Part shown: positions 13,017 to 26,200 of the stretch, in pieces | How the letters are laid out: each line of letters starts with the position of its first letter | How positions within the stretch are numbered: the first letter of the stretch is position 1 | NCBI GenBank assembly: GCA_028534125.1 | Contig: CM052832.1 | Coordinates: 34,658,001 to 34,722,000, forward strand | Reading direction: 5' to 3' | Origin: Lama glama | Taxonomy: Eukaryota | DNA: 64,000 nt | Program-made: the position numbers and the translations under genes | The notes under the pieces: generated by a model | Seen by the model: only the letters and a program-made list of their open reading frames with translations | What the model was told of the DNA's origin: nothing | Databases searched by the model: none

Positions 13017-13499
13017 TTGGATGCATGTTTCTAACTGACCGAGCAAATTTCCAGAGTCTGAGGGGGGGAGCAAGCAGAGCCCCTGACCTGGGTGACGCGG
13101 ACGATGTGGTGGTGCCACCCTCCACGCTCCCTGACGGAGTGAATGAGGAACAGGTCTGCCCTCAGCTCCTCTTCTCCCTGAGAGCAGCAGGGTGAGGGCT
13201 GGGAAGCTCTGGGCAGAGTTCCGAGCTCTTCATTAGAGGAGGTGGTGTTTGAACATGGAGGCCAGAGTCTTCCAAGTGTGGGGTGGCTCACTGATGTCAT
13301 TCAAACATAATAGTAATTGAAATCGTCTTATTTACAAAATAAAAGGTCTCCAGAGAAGACCTAAGAATGAGAAGGAGCCCCTTTGAGCCATGACGGCACT
13401 TCTGGAAAATCATTTTTAGGAGAAAATCTCACTCAGGCTTGCAGAAATGTGAGCACGAGGTGTTTGTGGGTCGTCTTTCTCACCCCTCGAACAGCGTTC

Positions 13500-13590
13500 A
13501 TGCCTGTCTGGTGTGCTGGTATCTCCCTGGACCTAGAAGACTGCCCAGCACACAGTAGGTGTTCAGTTAACACTTGCTGAGTGAAGGAGC
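13500..13590 (+). mobile_element. L2 3' terminus relic
   Basis: gcccagcacacagtaggtgttcagttaacacttgctgagtgaa matches the L2 3' end motif. Confidence 0.7.
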
Positions 13591-14220
13591 GGCACTGAAA
13601 ATTTGGCCCTGCTCTCAACGTCACAAAGAGAGACCGTCTCCTCGTCTCGCGTTCAGCACAGAGCAGGGACGCACTGATGGAAGCAATCCGATCAAACACT
13701 AGATGCCAGGGTGTATCCAGGATCAGGGAGCCGCTCAGGACGTGGCAGGGCCTCCAGGTGAGGAGGGCGCTTCCATGCAGAACAGGGGGACTCTCCTGAG
13801 ACAGTGTGGGCTCAGGTCACCTGCACGCACTGTACGAGTTCTGGTGTCAAATCCAGGCTCTGTCAGACCCAGCTGGGCTTAAAGACCTTGAGCTGAGGAA
13901 AGCTCTAGAGTTTCAGGTGATCAGATAGTAAAAGGTCTTGGCTTCCTGAAGGGTTGCTCCACGTCGACAGTGTCAGTTGATTCCTTTCTCAAAGACATCT
14001 TTCACCCCAATGTCGGGCTTTTGAGGTCTCTTTGCCCTGCCCTCCCCTGACAAGAGGACTTGGGGGGAAAAGGGCATATAGGTCAAATAGATCATAGTCA
14101 TGAATCAGGGTGGCCTTTGTGATGATGGTGTAGAATTCGATGTATTGATACAGAACGTCAACCCACATGTGAGTAAAACACCTGCTCCATGACAGCGTCT
14201 ATACCACAGCACCGTGCATA

Positions 14221-14822
14221 TACCTCTACCGAGCCTCTCTATCCACCGCCTACCTACCGCCTACCTCCCACCTACCTACTGTAACAGAAAAGACCAAATC
14301 TGACTCTATATTAGATCTGTTCCTTTGGCTTTAACCCTGTGCCCTGTTTTCTAGGCTTAGTCTTGCTGGCTCTGCACTCATGTAAAGATAACAAGTTGCA
14401 GAACAGAGAAAAACATTTGTTTTGTTGGAGGTTTTGCAGGAGCACCATGACCTGGCCCACATGGACAACTGCAAGGACAAAGAATTCCTGCAGCAAGAAG
14501 TTTGCAACAACCAACCACACCCCCTCCCCCTCCTTTTTATTTTTATTTTTTTTGTATAAAAGGAGCCTGTATTCTGACCCGAGGAGGATGGGTCTCTAAG
14601 ACATTAGTCTGCCATCCTCTCGGTCTGCCGGCTTTCCGAACAAAGTCGCTATTCCTTGTCCCAACACCTCGTCTTCCAATTTGTTGGCCTGTCGTGTGGC
14701 AAGTAGAATGAGTTTGGACTCGGTAATACTACCATCTACCTATCACCTACCTACCAACCACCTACCTACCACCTACCTACCACCCACCTACCACCTACCT
14801 ACCATCCATCTATCCAATCTGC
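14221..14822. repeat. Degenerate (CCTA/CCA)n microsatellite split by the LTR
   Basis: cctacctac-type repeats at 14221-14279 and 14729-14822. Confidence 0.8.
14280..14728 (+). mobile_element. ERV1-class solo LTR (449 bp)
   Basis: Starts TGTAACAG and ends GGACTCGGTAATA (decayed CA). It has TATAAAA at 14555-14561, a decayed poly(A) signal AACAAA at 14639-14644, and 4-bp CTAC flanks at 14276-14279 and 14729-14732. Confidence 0.85.
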
Positions 14823-15117
14823 CTAGAGACACAGCAAAAGGAGTATTCAGGAGACATTAAGGTTGCTTATCTCTAGATGAAGAGGTGAAGATAATTCTTA
14901 CTTTTAAAAATATTTCATATACATATGGACTATTTCAGTAGTTAGCATATGTCACTTTTATCTTTAGAAAAAAGCTACTTTTATGTTAAGAGAGAGAGAC
15001 AGACAAAGGGTTAGCACATTCCTGAGCTTCTAATTCAGGCAGTTGATCGACCAAGTTGAATCTTCTGTAAGCGGTATTGAAACAGCTGAGCTGGAACACT
15101 GAGTGTGGGGCTACGTC

Positions 15118-15400
15118 TTTTTATTTTTACAGACTTTCTTTTTTCAGAGTAGTTTTAGGTTCCCGACAGGCACAGAGATTTCCCATGTGCCCCTGCCACG
15201 CCCCCTCAGCACACACCCAGTGCCGCCAATACCTGGTACACGTCTCTGTCCACAAACCCGCCGCACGCCGATCGCCATCACCCAGCATTCACGTCAAGGT
15301 CACCCTTGCTGCTGTGCTCTCTGTGGGTGTCGACAGATGTTTCCACATTATAATGGTATACGCGTGTTTCCACCGCCTCAGCTCTGCCTAGGCATCTCCC
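15118..15400 (-). mobile_element. Old L1M 3' fragment
   Basis: ttttcagagtagttttaggttc...cagagatttcccatgtgccc is typical of antisense L1MC/MD 3' ends. Confidence 0.6.
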
Positions 15401-15514
15401 TCACTCCCACACCACTGGTCTTTTTATGTTGGAGTGACAGCTTTCTAAAGGCGAGATTTTCTCTTGCACTGCTTCTCTCTTTGGAATTTGGATTTAGAGA
15501 AAACCTCCTAATTG

Positions 15515-15640
15515 CTACTACTCACCAGCTGCATGGCCCTGATCAAATTACTTGACCTCTCTGAGCCTAAGTGTTCTCACCTGTAACACAGACACAAAAT
15601 AACTGTCTGGCAGTGATGAATAAATGTCTGCAAAGTGCTC
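15515..15640 (+). mobile_element. MIR SINE core
   Basis: ctactcaccagctgcatggccctgatcaaattacttgacctctctgagcctaagtgttctcacctgtaa matches the MIR core. Confidence 0.75.
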
Positions 15641-15656
15641 ACCGTGATTCTGAGGA

Positions 15657-15800
15657 ACGTGCGTGTGTGCGTGAATGCCTGTGCTGTGGGGGGGCATGTG
15701 TGTAGCGTGTGCATGTACTGTACGTGCAGGCGCCTACGTGTACGGGTGTGCATGTCATGTATGTGTGTTGCATGTGTGCACCCGCACAGGTGTGGGTATA
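15657..15800. repeat. Low-complexity (TG/CG/TA) alternating tract
   Basis: Degenerate gtgtgc/gcatgt repeats. Confidence 0.7.
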
Positions 15801-16931
15801 TATCTTGCCCAGTTTACTTCTACCCTGTATTTCTGATGTGGTTTACCATCAGTTTTGGCAGGAGGTGCTGAGGAGACTCGGGTGACGCCGGACGTCAGAC
15901 TGTGGGAGACCCCGTTCTGCCTGCTCCCAGCCTACACACAGTCCGCACTCCCCTCTGGCCGCTCCCTCTCTGGGGGCTGGGCTGGAGCTGCCCACTGGAA
16001 CACAAGAGCTGTCAGGGTGAGGAGAAGTCACCCAGGCAGTTGAAACACACTGTTTATTTGTCAGATTCCCAAAGGTACCCTCTGCCAAGGATGGTTCACC
16101 AGCTCATGGCAGTTCAGTCTCCTCTTAACGTTATCAGCTTCAGAAAACCTTGTTTCTTATTCATCATCACACAAAGCTTAAAAGAACCAGGAGACAGCAT
16201 TCCACCTCTTGGCATCTCAACCTCCCTGGAGGAAAGTCCAGCAGTCAGGGAATCCCTGGCCTCAAAAACAAAGTGTTTTAACTCTGGCTGATCTCTTCCT
16301 GTTCTCAAGAAGGGTTTTATGCTGGTGAGAAGAACTTCTTTAGTGTTGTTTTCTTTATATCTGTTTCTTTTAACCTCCGTCCCACATAAAATTGCTTCAT
16401 TAATGTTAAGAATAACAGCAGCTTCAAAATTTGAAGCTGAACTGGAAAAATATAACCAGAGTACATAATATTGGACCCCATTCCACAAAAATTATGGTGC
16501 AATTTGTTGCTGAATGAACTTAATGTTCTTCATTAGATGCCTGTATTATAAACCGCCCAGTGGCTCCTGCAGCTCCTGGAATTTAAGCGGCACAAGCCAA
16601 GACATCTGCTACTTTTCTGTCGCTAAGTTTTCAGAACCAGGCTATACTGAGATCTCAACCAGGGGATAAGAACTGTATACTCTTTTTCCTCACCTTTCTC
16701 TTTGGTGGACAGTGCAACCTACTGAATACTATTTTGCGAGATTCCAAAACTTTCCCAAATGGTAAAAAAAGATTATCAGTTTCACAAATGAATTCATATT
16801 TTACACACACAGAAATCAGACAAACAGAACCCCAGTTCAGTAATACATAGTCAGACAGGAGGGAAGAGTCCCACTGTGCGCCAGTTGGTCTTAAACAGGG
16901 GCCTCGACAGCAATGGAAACTCCGAGAAGCC

Positions 16932-17113
16932 TAGCCTGGGATCCTCAGCTTCAGCACCACTGACATTCTGAGACAGGTAGTTGTTTGTCGTGGGGCCCTG
17001 TGTTCCAGCATCGCTGGCCTCCACGTGCCAGACGCCAGCAGCAGCCCCACCCCCATGTGACCATCAAGATGCCCCCAGATGTCCCACCACTGGTCCCAGT
17101 GCAGAACCACTGG
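16932..17113 (+). mobile_element. MER20 (hAT-Charlie) DNA transposon relic
   Basis: ctcagcttcagcaccactgacattctg...ccagcatcgctggcctccac...gtgaccatcaagatgcccccagatgtc...agaaccactg. Confidence 0.8.
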
Positions 17114-17149
17114 TGAACCCTTCACTCCAGTGAAAAACAAACCAGGCAG

Positions 17150-17470
17150 TTCAGTAAAAAGGAAACAGCAACACATGCCCCACGCGGATGGCACTCCCAC
17201 ACTTTACGCTGGTGCACGACGCCAGACACCAAAGACCACACTGTATGGTTCGCCCGTACAAACTGTCCTGGGGCAAACTGACAGAAGGAGCGCGGATCAT
17301 GGTTGTCGGTGCTGGGGGTGGAAGGGGCGGGGCGTGGGGTGATGAAAACTGAGTCTGGTTAGGGTGACAGCTGCACACTTGGTGGAGTTCTTGAACTCAC
17401 GGCACACTTTAGATGGGTGAAATGCATGGTATGTAAATTAGACTTCAGTAGAGCTGTTTTTTAAAAAACC
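17150..17470 (+). mobile_element. Old L1M 3' UTR fragment
   Basis: gccagacaccaaagaccacactgtatggttc...tttagatgggtgaaatgcatggtatgtaaattagacttcagtagagctgtt followed by an A run. Confidence 0.75.
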
Positions 17471-20400
17471 CGAGGGAAAAAACAACAGGAGGGTTAAAGT
17501 ACTGCGGAAGGAGAGAATCTGACAGGTGGTCAGCCTGGTCCCCGCGATGCCCTGTGACTCTGGGCAGCAGTCTCCTGAAAGCAGAGGTCAGACTCCCCAC
17601 ATTCCACCGACCCAAATGACCGTTAGAGCAAGCCCACAGTGTTTTTGCCAGTCAGACAGCTGCGACGTCTGTTAGCACCTGCTGCAGCACGCGGGCTGCT
17701 TGGTCAGTGCTGGTGTGTAGCTTTCCGTGGAAAACAGTCTGCACGCATGATCACCCATGTCCAACCTGGCCACCGGCGGGGTCTGTCCTGTCAGACAGGC
17801 TACGTTTTCTGTTAGCATGTAAAACACTCATGACGAAACATGCGCAGCGTGACATGAAATGCAAAGGGGAAAAAGGTTTGAAACTCCCCAGAATCCCCCG
17901 TGGCCTACTGAAATCTTTGCTACAGTGAAAAAAAAGCCTGTCTCCTTTTGTGTGCATTAAATAACAGTTGTTGCCACTATTCAGAGAAGCCCAGGGGCCT
18001 CTTTAATTGCAAGAGGGACAGCACACGTCTTCCTGGAGATAGAAACATTTGGCCTCACCTGGATGCCTAGTTGTTTCCAGGGGCCCACGATCTGTCTGGG
18101 GTGAGAGCTTTTCCTGGGCGTTCGTTACAAACACCTATTTGGCCAAATGCACACACAGCCCCTACGTGAGGCAGCACGTAAAATAAATTTCTAGAATCTT
18201 CAGCTCTAATGGACCTAAGAAAAGTGAGAAATGGGTTAGAAGCTGGGCTTTTGGGTAAGCTATCCCAAGACCTCATTCTGGCAAAGTTTTGAGTAAAGGA
18301 AGGTGGTGTTAGTTAAGTTCACCCCCCCACCTCCTGACCTCCTTTAAGCTGGAAACGGGGAGGACATGGAAGAGAAGAGATAATTGCAATAATTCAAATT
18401 TCCCCCAAGGCCACAAACACAAAGATACTTTTCTCTTTCAATGACTCTACATCTGATACATTACAAAACATTGAAATTCTGAGAAATTCTGTCCCTATTT
18501 TGAGGCCTAGTAAACCAAGGACTGGAGAAATCACACTGGCCCTGACGGAGGATGCAGCCAGGAAGGGGGTTCACCCAACGACACCTGCCAGCATTTCAGG
18601 AAAAAAAAAATTGAAATAATACATAATTCTGATTAGGCCCAACCTCCGAAGTGAGAGCTGAGAGCAGGAAGGAGGCTGACGCACCCACTTAAACCCCACT
18701 GGTTCCCAAGAAAATGCCTGTAGAACATTCTCTCTGATTTTTGCTGAGCAGCAATGACAACAGTCACTGAAAGACAGTGTGTGTCTCACGCATGTTCTGT
18801 GAAAGCATGTGGTTTTACAGCGACGTCTGCAGAGCAGAGTCCAGGCAACAAATACATGTTAAAAATAGGCATCTCCTAAAATATGGAAATAAGAAAAAGG
18901 TGCTATCACTGGAGAAGGTCCACAGCTGGTCTTTTTGGCTTACCCTCTTTTGACAAATGCATAAATATAAGCTCCAGAAGTAATTTTGAAAAATTTTCTT
19001 TCCAAACATTGACAGTTGTCAAGTGCTGCGATCAGAGAGAAGCACACAGCTGGGGCAAGCATCCTCGCCACCCAGGAGGCGCGAGTCAGGCCAGTTTCCA
19101 AACCTCCGGAGAGCGTCGTGCTCCCTGCTCTCTGGCCTCTGAGGTTTACACTCACAGAAGTCAGAGAGGGAGGGCAGGGCTACTGATTCAGCACCTCTGC
19201 CAGGTTTACCCCAGCCAAGAACGTCAGAGACGCACTTACTGCCACCCCTCCTCACTGTCTATCGAAACACATCCTCGTCGCCTCTGCCGGGCGGGTCGTA
19301 GCTACTTTTCAATTGCCCCTTTGTTTCCTTCCCTACTCAAATTCTTCTTTTGAAAAAATCAATTCTTTTACATGGACTTGAAACTTTTTTTTTTTAAGTT
19401 TTGGAACAAAACAATTCTGAGCAAGAGGAGATTGACCCTATGGTCTTAAAGTACGTTTACTTACGAGTGAAGACTTGGCATTAGACTGACAGCTGTCATT
19501 GGTCCAGAGCTGTGTTGTGAGAATGAGTGACTGAGCCCTGGACCTGCCCCGCGGCAGACAAGCAGCACCCCACTCTGCCTGGCAGGTCCCTGGACCTGCT
19601 GCTCCCGGCACTGCTCCCGGACCGTCCACCCCGGCCGGACCAAACTCCCTCCTCCCCATCCGCTCAGTCCTTGGGCCGCCTGCCTCTGCCCCTCCCGAGC
19701 AGCCTCTGCCCTGCCGCTGACTTCTTTTCTGCACTTTGTCTTGGTTCTCCCAGAGGGTGCCTCCCAGACCGACGGCAGCTCCACCTGCTGCCCCTCCTAG
19801 CCCAGGGGCCACCCACTGGCGGATCGAGACTCCTTCAGTGGATCCCAGACACAACCACGTCTACAAGCCTCCAAGACGATTTCACATCCAAAGTCCTGGA
19901 GGAGACACTTTCTTGTGTGAATGTATCCTGTGGGGACAACATTCCCTCGTAGACCAGGTAACTCTGGCCTCTTCTGCTAACCCTTTACTGATTGGTGTCA
20001 ATCCACTGGGAACCGACTGTGTCACATGACAACGTTGCTTCGACCTCTGTTTCTGGATTATTTTGGCAGGTTATCTTTGTTTTGCTCACATGGAGAGCCT
20101 GTGGTCCGTGGGTTCCAACTTGGTGTAGGGCAGAGGGCCCTGGGCTAAGAGTCAGACCTGAGTTCCAGCCTGAGTCTAGTCAGCAGCTGAACCTGTGTGC
20201 TGGTGACCCCATCGCCTTGTCGGGAAGATGAATTCATCTACGTGAAGGTGCTCTGTAAGTGGGAAAACACTTTATGAAGCACTAGAGAACTGACCAAATA
20301 AAAGTAATTTTCTGAATGCCATTGTAGACTTCTTTCATTTAGGGGGCAACAAATTTCCATAATCCTAGGAAGAAACTGTTGGATAGAAAATCAAGGAAGT

Positions 20401-21719
20401 CTAGCCTTTTCCCCAAGAAACTTGAAGAAAAGCTGTGGTAAAACAGAACAGACATGCGTACGCCCGGACCCTGTGCCCGCAGCACACCCCAGGCACCGCA
20501 GACCCGACGGGGAGTCTGCGTGGGGGACTCGCCGTCCGCACACCTGCTCACAGTGCCTGATGCCTGCTGGTGTCTCTCCAGAGAGGTGTGGGATTCCAGC
20601 TCAGAAGCCGTGTCTCTGAAAGAAAAGCTGCTTTAAGCAACTGTTTCAACCGGGACCACGAACTTTGTCCAGAGCTAGCTTCACAGCAAACAATCTGCAT
20701 CAAACTGTTCTGAGAAATGAATGTAAATTGTGAGAAAGGCAACGAATGAAGAAATCCAGGAAACAGAACAAGGCTATCAGATAGTAAGTGCATGGGCTTA
20801 AGTGAAAGGTGACAAAAACAAGGTCAACGGTACTGTAAGAGAGAGACGATAGTTCAAAATCCAAGCCACGAGAAGGCCGCTGACGTCAGAAGTGCGGACG
20901 TGCTCTGGCTGGGGCTGCAAAAGTGACGTTCAGGAGAGACCCTGGAAGCGGACACGTGGGCTCCGATGGGCAGGGGCCTGGCCCACAGCTGTGTGCACAG
21001 CAGGGCCACCAATGGTTTCAACCGATTGACTTAAATACAGAAAAAGGAAAGAAAGGTGTCAGCATTTTTTTAAGCTTAAGAAGCAAAATAAAACAAGATT
21101 AGGACGCTAGTGGTGAGGCCTTTTGAAAAGAGAGTTTCAGAGGCTGGTTCAATTCCCAAAACACTTGACTTTTGTTAATTTACTTTTTAAAGAAAGGCTC
21201 AGAGACAAGCGACGTCAGCACAGGGAAGACTGGCAGCCGCTCGGGCTGAGCCCCGCCCGCCTGGCCCACAGCACGCCCAGACCCCACAACCCCAAGGGAC
21301 TGGCCGGCTGGGGGCAGACAGGGTCCTGGCACACTTCTGAAAGTCGGGTGAGAGGGTGTGAAGGACTCAGTGGGCAGGGGGGCTTCTGTGCGCATCGCCG
21401 AGCGGCTCGGCCCATCCTCTCACTGAGCCCAGGCGTGACGAGACGGCCAGGACGCGGCTCGCACAACACACACTCGGGGGGAGCCCGGACTTCTGGGGGG
21501 CCAGCTGGGGCGGGGGAGCCGGGGCCTGGGGGGCCTGCAGTGTGCGTGCTGGCCGGGGGGTGCAGCCACAGCCCAAGGAAAGCGAGGCCCTGGGGGCTCT
21601 GACAAGAGGTGCAGCAGGAAGGGGCTCATGACAGACACGGCTCTGCACCTGCTGTGCGCCGTGCCTGCCCTGAGAAGCTGGGGTCCCGGGCCGGCTGGTC
21701 CCTGTGTTAGAAATGTGCT

Positions 21720-21891
21720 TGGTAGGTAACAAGGGCCCACTGGACGGCACAGGGAACTGTGTTCAATGTCTGGTGATAACCTACAGTGGAAAACAATCTG
21801 AAGAAGTACATATATATAGCTGAGCCACTTTGCAGTACACTTGAAATCAACACATTTTAGTAAATCAACTGTAATTTTTAAAAAGGAATAA
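21720..21891 (+). mobile_element. Cetartiodactyl-type L1 3' end
   Basis: aacaagggcccactggacggcacagggaactgtgttcaatgtctggtgataacctacagtggaaaacaatctgaa...gctgagccactttgcagtacacttgaaatcaacac...gtaaatcaact. Confidence 0.8.
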
Positions 21892-22786
21892 AGACACTTG
21901 GCAATCTTTGGCACAGAAGAAGGGTGTGCTTTATGACTGGGAGTCACTTCACAAACCTCACAAACATCTAAATTAGGTCCTATCACCAAACAGAGGTGCA
22001 CTGTGAGTTTGGCAATGGAGGAGGTATGTTCACAGAATTTTTATAAATCTGAGTCTCTGAAAGGAGAGATGGCAGTTTAAAGACTTGCTGATGGGAATTC
22101 TGTGACAAGGAGAAAGGGGATGCCTCAGCCTCCGTTTACCTCCAGTGAGATGTAGGTTTTCCTGCACAAGCCTCTTACCGGAAGGGTCTCACACAGGAGC
22201 AGGCAAAGATGCCAGGAAACAAAGCAGCTCTCCCATCCAGGGGCCTCACAAGTGACCACAGCAATCTTCAATTATCTTTGAAGAAAGGACCAGAAAAAAA
22301 TGAAACGAACGTGTGAAAAGTCAGTTGACTTTTAACTTGTGTCTCTATAGAGAAAATGAAATGGAAATAATTGGCCAAGTCTCAGGAGTCAGTAAATGAG
22401 ATAAAAACCAAATCAGAACGGCGGCAGGCACTGAGGGACGGGCCACAGGGAGACCAGCAGGCCTCAGGGCCGCAGTATTTCCTAAGGACCTGTGAGCACC
22501 GGTCGCACGTGGCACGTGTGACACCAGAGTCCTCTGGAGTGACACAGAAAAGAAACAATGCTGTGAACGGAGCTTTTCTGCACCTTACATTCATTGGCAT
22601 GCCAATAAATAAATAAGAACAAAAATAAAACAATATCGTGGTAAAAAAAAGAGGAAAAAGTCATGGACGAATACTTTTTAACTGCAATAAAGTGTATTTG
22701 AAGAAACATACCTATCTGTTGGTCTGTCACGCTAATGAATAATTTCGGCAATTGTCAGTGATTTTGTCAAAACGGAACTTCTCTTT

Positions 22787-23239
22787 TTTTATTTAAGTGT
22801 AGTCATTTACAGGGTTACATCAACTTCTGGTCACAGCATCACGTTTCAGTCGCACATGTAAACTCGTTTTCATCTTCTTTTCCATCATAGGCCGCTGCGG
22901 GACACCGAACGCGGCTCCCCGTGCTGCACGAAGCCGTTTGCTGTTTACCTACTTTATGGACAGCAGTTGGTGTCTGCAAACCTCAGATTCCCCGCTTACC
23001 CCTGCCCACTGCTCTTCCCTCTCGGGTCACCGAAAGACTGCTCTCTCTGAGAGTTTGTTTCTGTCTTGTAAGTTGGTTCATCAGTGTCTTCGGTTTTCTT
23101 TTTTAGGTTCCACATATGAGTGATATCATGTGGCATTTTTCTTTCTCTTTCTGGCTGACTTCACGTAGAGTGACGATCTCCAGGTCTATCCATGGTGCTG
23201 CAAATGGCGTGACTTCTTTCTTTTTCACAGCCGACTAGG
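22787..23239 (-). mobile_element. 5'-truncated LINE-1, same subfamily as the 10.3-kb copy, with a 17-bp TSD
   Basis: 23101-23235 aligns by eye to 10661-10795 (ttccacatatgagtgata.catgtggca.ttttctttctctttctg...). The TSD aaac[g/t]gaacttctcttt is at 22770-22786 and 23240-23256. Confidence 0.92.
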
Positions 23240-26200
23240 AAACTGAACTTCTCTTTATGTCAGACTTGCCAGTCTACCTTCATTCATCATTGATCATAGA
23301 CCAATTTGGCTTCAATTTTGAAAATTTCCTCTCATGTTAAGCAACAGACACACAAATAGGAAAACTATTAAACAGAAGGGTAAGATTGGGAGAGGTTCAT
23401 AGAAACCCCATTTCTCTTCAGATTCCACAAATAGCATGTCTGTGCTTCTTTGGGACCAATTCTGGTGGCTCTCAAACGTCTGTGCAGCCAACAGCTTGTC
23501 AAGGCAAGTAAATGTTCAAGTGGCCGCACGTGGTCACGCAGGAGCCAGGCTGAAGTCGCTGGCGGTCCCCTCCTTGGCTGTTCTGAATCTACTCTACAGG
23601 CTGGAGGCCAAACTTCCCCACGGGGCTGGTGCGGCAAACCTTCGGAACTTGGAAGACGAAGACAGAACAAAGAGGGCGGATCCCCTCCCGCCAGCGCTGC
23701 TGCTAAGCGGGAGTTCTCCACATTCACGTCCGTGGAGGATACGCTGCTGACTAAAGGCTGTGTAATAAAAGCCTGCACGTATGAAGCTGGCGTTATTTAT
23801 CAAAACGCTACAGCAGGCACAGCCTTAGACTCATATAGAACTTAGACCTACAGAAGAATTTGGGTGCGGTGTACTTCAGCACTGAAACGGTTCAGGGTGG
23901 CTGGCTCTTGGTGGTGGTCAAAAGCAGACTGACTCTCAGTTGTGTATCACTGAAAATAATCTTGAATAAATGCTCTGTGGCCAGTGTGTCTCCGCATCTC
24001 CTGCACAGGGAGCGGCGGACCCCTGTGAGGAGAGCAGGCCTCCCCCAAGTCCTGGGGCTGCGCCCGGGGGAAGGGGTACGTCAGGTCTTGAGGGGCACCC
24101 AGCGACCCAGCGCCCGGAAGCCCCAGCACTGGGGGGCTGGTCCTGCAGGTGGCACGTTTGTGCAGAAGCACCTCTGCAGGGTCGCACTTCAGCACCTGGT
24201 CACCCTGCAGATCCCGTGAGCGCGGTGAGCACCACTGGCCGCACTTCTGGGGCGCCCAGCCGCCCCCCAGGGCCCTGTGGCTGGGAGCAGGTAGCCCCTC
24301 TGCCCCGTGAGCCTGCTTCCCCTCTCTCACAGGTGTGACCACCAACGATCTTCACGCCTTGACTGTTTCTGCCTCTGAGAACTCGAGCCGGCACCACCTG
24401 CCACTTCTTCAAGGTGACAACGAAACACGTTGTCAGGCACCTCGCTTGGCAGGTTGTCTTTGGGGGCTCCTGTGGGCTGTCCACCTGGGCTGGGGTGCCT
24501 GTCCCCCCAGCTCTGCCTCCTGCCTGTAGCCCACCCTGCATGACCTGTCATCACCAGGCCCGGCCTTGGCTGCCGCTGCCCTTCCCTCCTAACGAGTGCA
24601 CCCATCCTGCCTGCACCTCCGCCTCCCCGCCCAACCGCCAACGTGCCGCAAGCTCCCACCTCGGCCCCACCCCCAGCACACTCTCCACCAGGCAGTGGTC
24701 TTCTTGGCCTGTGCTGGTGCTTCCATGTGCAGCATCTGGGCACAGAGCACTCCAGATTGACTGCCTTCTCCCCTCAATTCAACAGTCTTTGAAGACAGGG
24801 CTGCCAAGGCTAACTCCTCCGCTCCCTCTGGGCAGCCCTGGGGACCCTGGGGTGACAGGTGCGAGCTCTCCTCCCCTTCACAGACGGGCATGGTTCACAG
24901 CAGAAGTCAGATGCCACCTGACCCCGACAGCCGTCCCTTGGAGGGTGTCTTCTCTCTGGAGAGGCCACGGGAAAGTACAGATCAGGGGCACACGGGCAGG
25001 CATGGATGCTTCTAGGTTGCTTTTTAAAGATGAAAGCGGTGAGTCACAGGCCAAGCTCCTAATAGCCTGCTTTTGGCACAGAGCGTGTAGGAGAACCCAG
25101 GCTGCCTCTCAGACCAGCTGCGGCACTGGCGCCGATACCCAGCTGCTTCTTGGAAGCGGTGGCACTTCCTCCATCCTATCACTCCGTGTCCGCCCCCCAG
25201 TGCTGAGGGTCAGGGCTACCTGTAGGAGGGGGACACGCTGCTGTGCCCCCCACAGCCCACAGTGCGCAGAACTCCCCGCTGGCCGGCTCTGCATCGGTCT
25301 GGGTGGACAGGACAGGACACAGAGTGGGAACTCCTCCCCGACGTGGCCTCCCGCCCTGCCCAAATCCTGCTGGGCCCTGCACCCCAGTCCTCAGCAGGCT
25401 CTGTAACCCTGTCTCCCCGACCTGCCGTCAGCCCCAGGGGTCGGAAGGAGGTCACCGCCTCTGCTCCAATGTCCACGTTGCCTCCCTCACCTCTGTCTTC
25501 GACGAGGGTCTCCACTGAGTGATCTGAGCTGAACAACAGCAAATCCCTGAGCTTCTTGCAAAAACCCCACTGGATCTCCTGAATGCATTCATCCACGGGG
25601 CATCAAGGGCAGAGCCCCACTGCTTAGGGTGCGGGTTCCAAGCCCCCCGGGCAGGGCCAATCTGTGTTCCTGCAGAGGCCTCCCGGGCCCTGGGACCCTG
25701 TCCACCTCTCCAGGCTAAGTCAGGCCCGCCACTGGAGGCAGAAGGCAGGCACAGGGGCCACGCTCGGGGCTCCGGCGGAAAGAAGAAACAGCTTTTCCTC
25801 GTGCCAGCCTGTGTCCCTCCCTGGCCTCCCCACGAGGCCCCTGACCTTCAGGAGAGAGCCCCAGCACGGCCCCTCCAGGCGTGCTGGCATTTTGAAGGGA
25901 GCGGTGGCCTGGTGCGGCTGGGCCAGGCTGCCTGGACTCCAGGCCTCATCGGCCACTTTCTGGCCTGAGACCAGGCAACACTCAAGTTCTCAAGAATTTG
26001 GTTTCTTTGTCTGGAAACTGGGGATAACAGTAAAACTTATCCCATGAGTTGTCGAAAGGATGTGGTTTCAAGGAAATGTCACACTCTGAGCGCTCAGTGA
26101 CAGCTGACCTTCCTCAGGCTGACCGTCTTGTCACCTAGCCGGGGGCAGAAGGGCCTTCCTAGGCCACACGGCGACACCCGGGCAGCCGTGAGGTGGGCTG

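Noticed and set aside
20640-21200. Possible mariner/Tigger transposase relic
   Set aside because: Only a vague resemblance, with no terminal inverted repeats or convincing peptide.
24414-25406. 330-aa ORF (and the similar 285-aa ORF at 28674..29531)
   Set aside because: No recognisable homology, low-complexity composition and no supporting exon structure.
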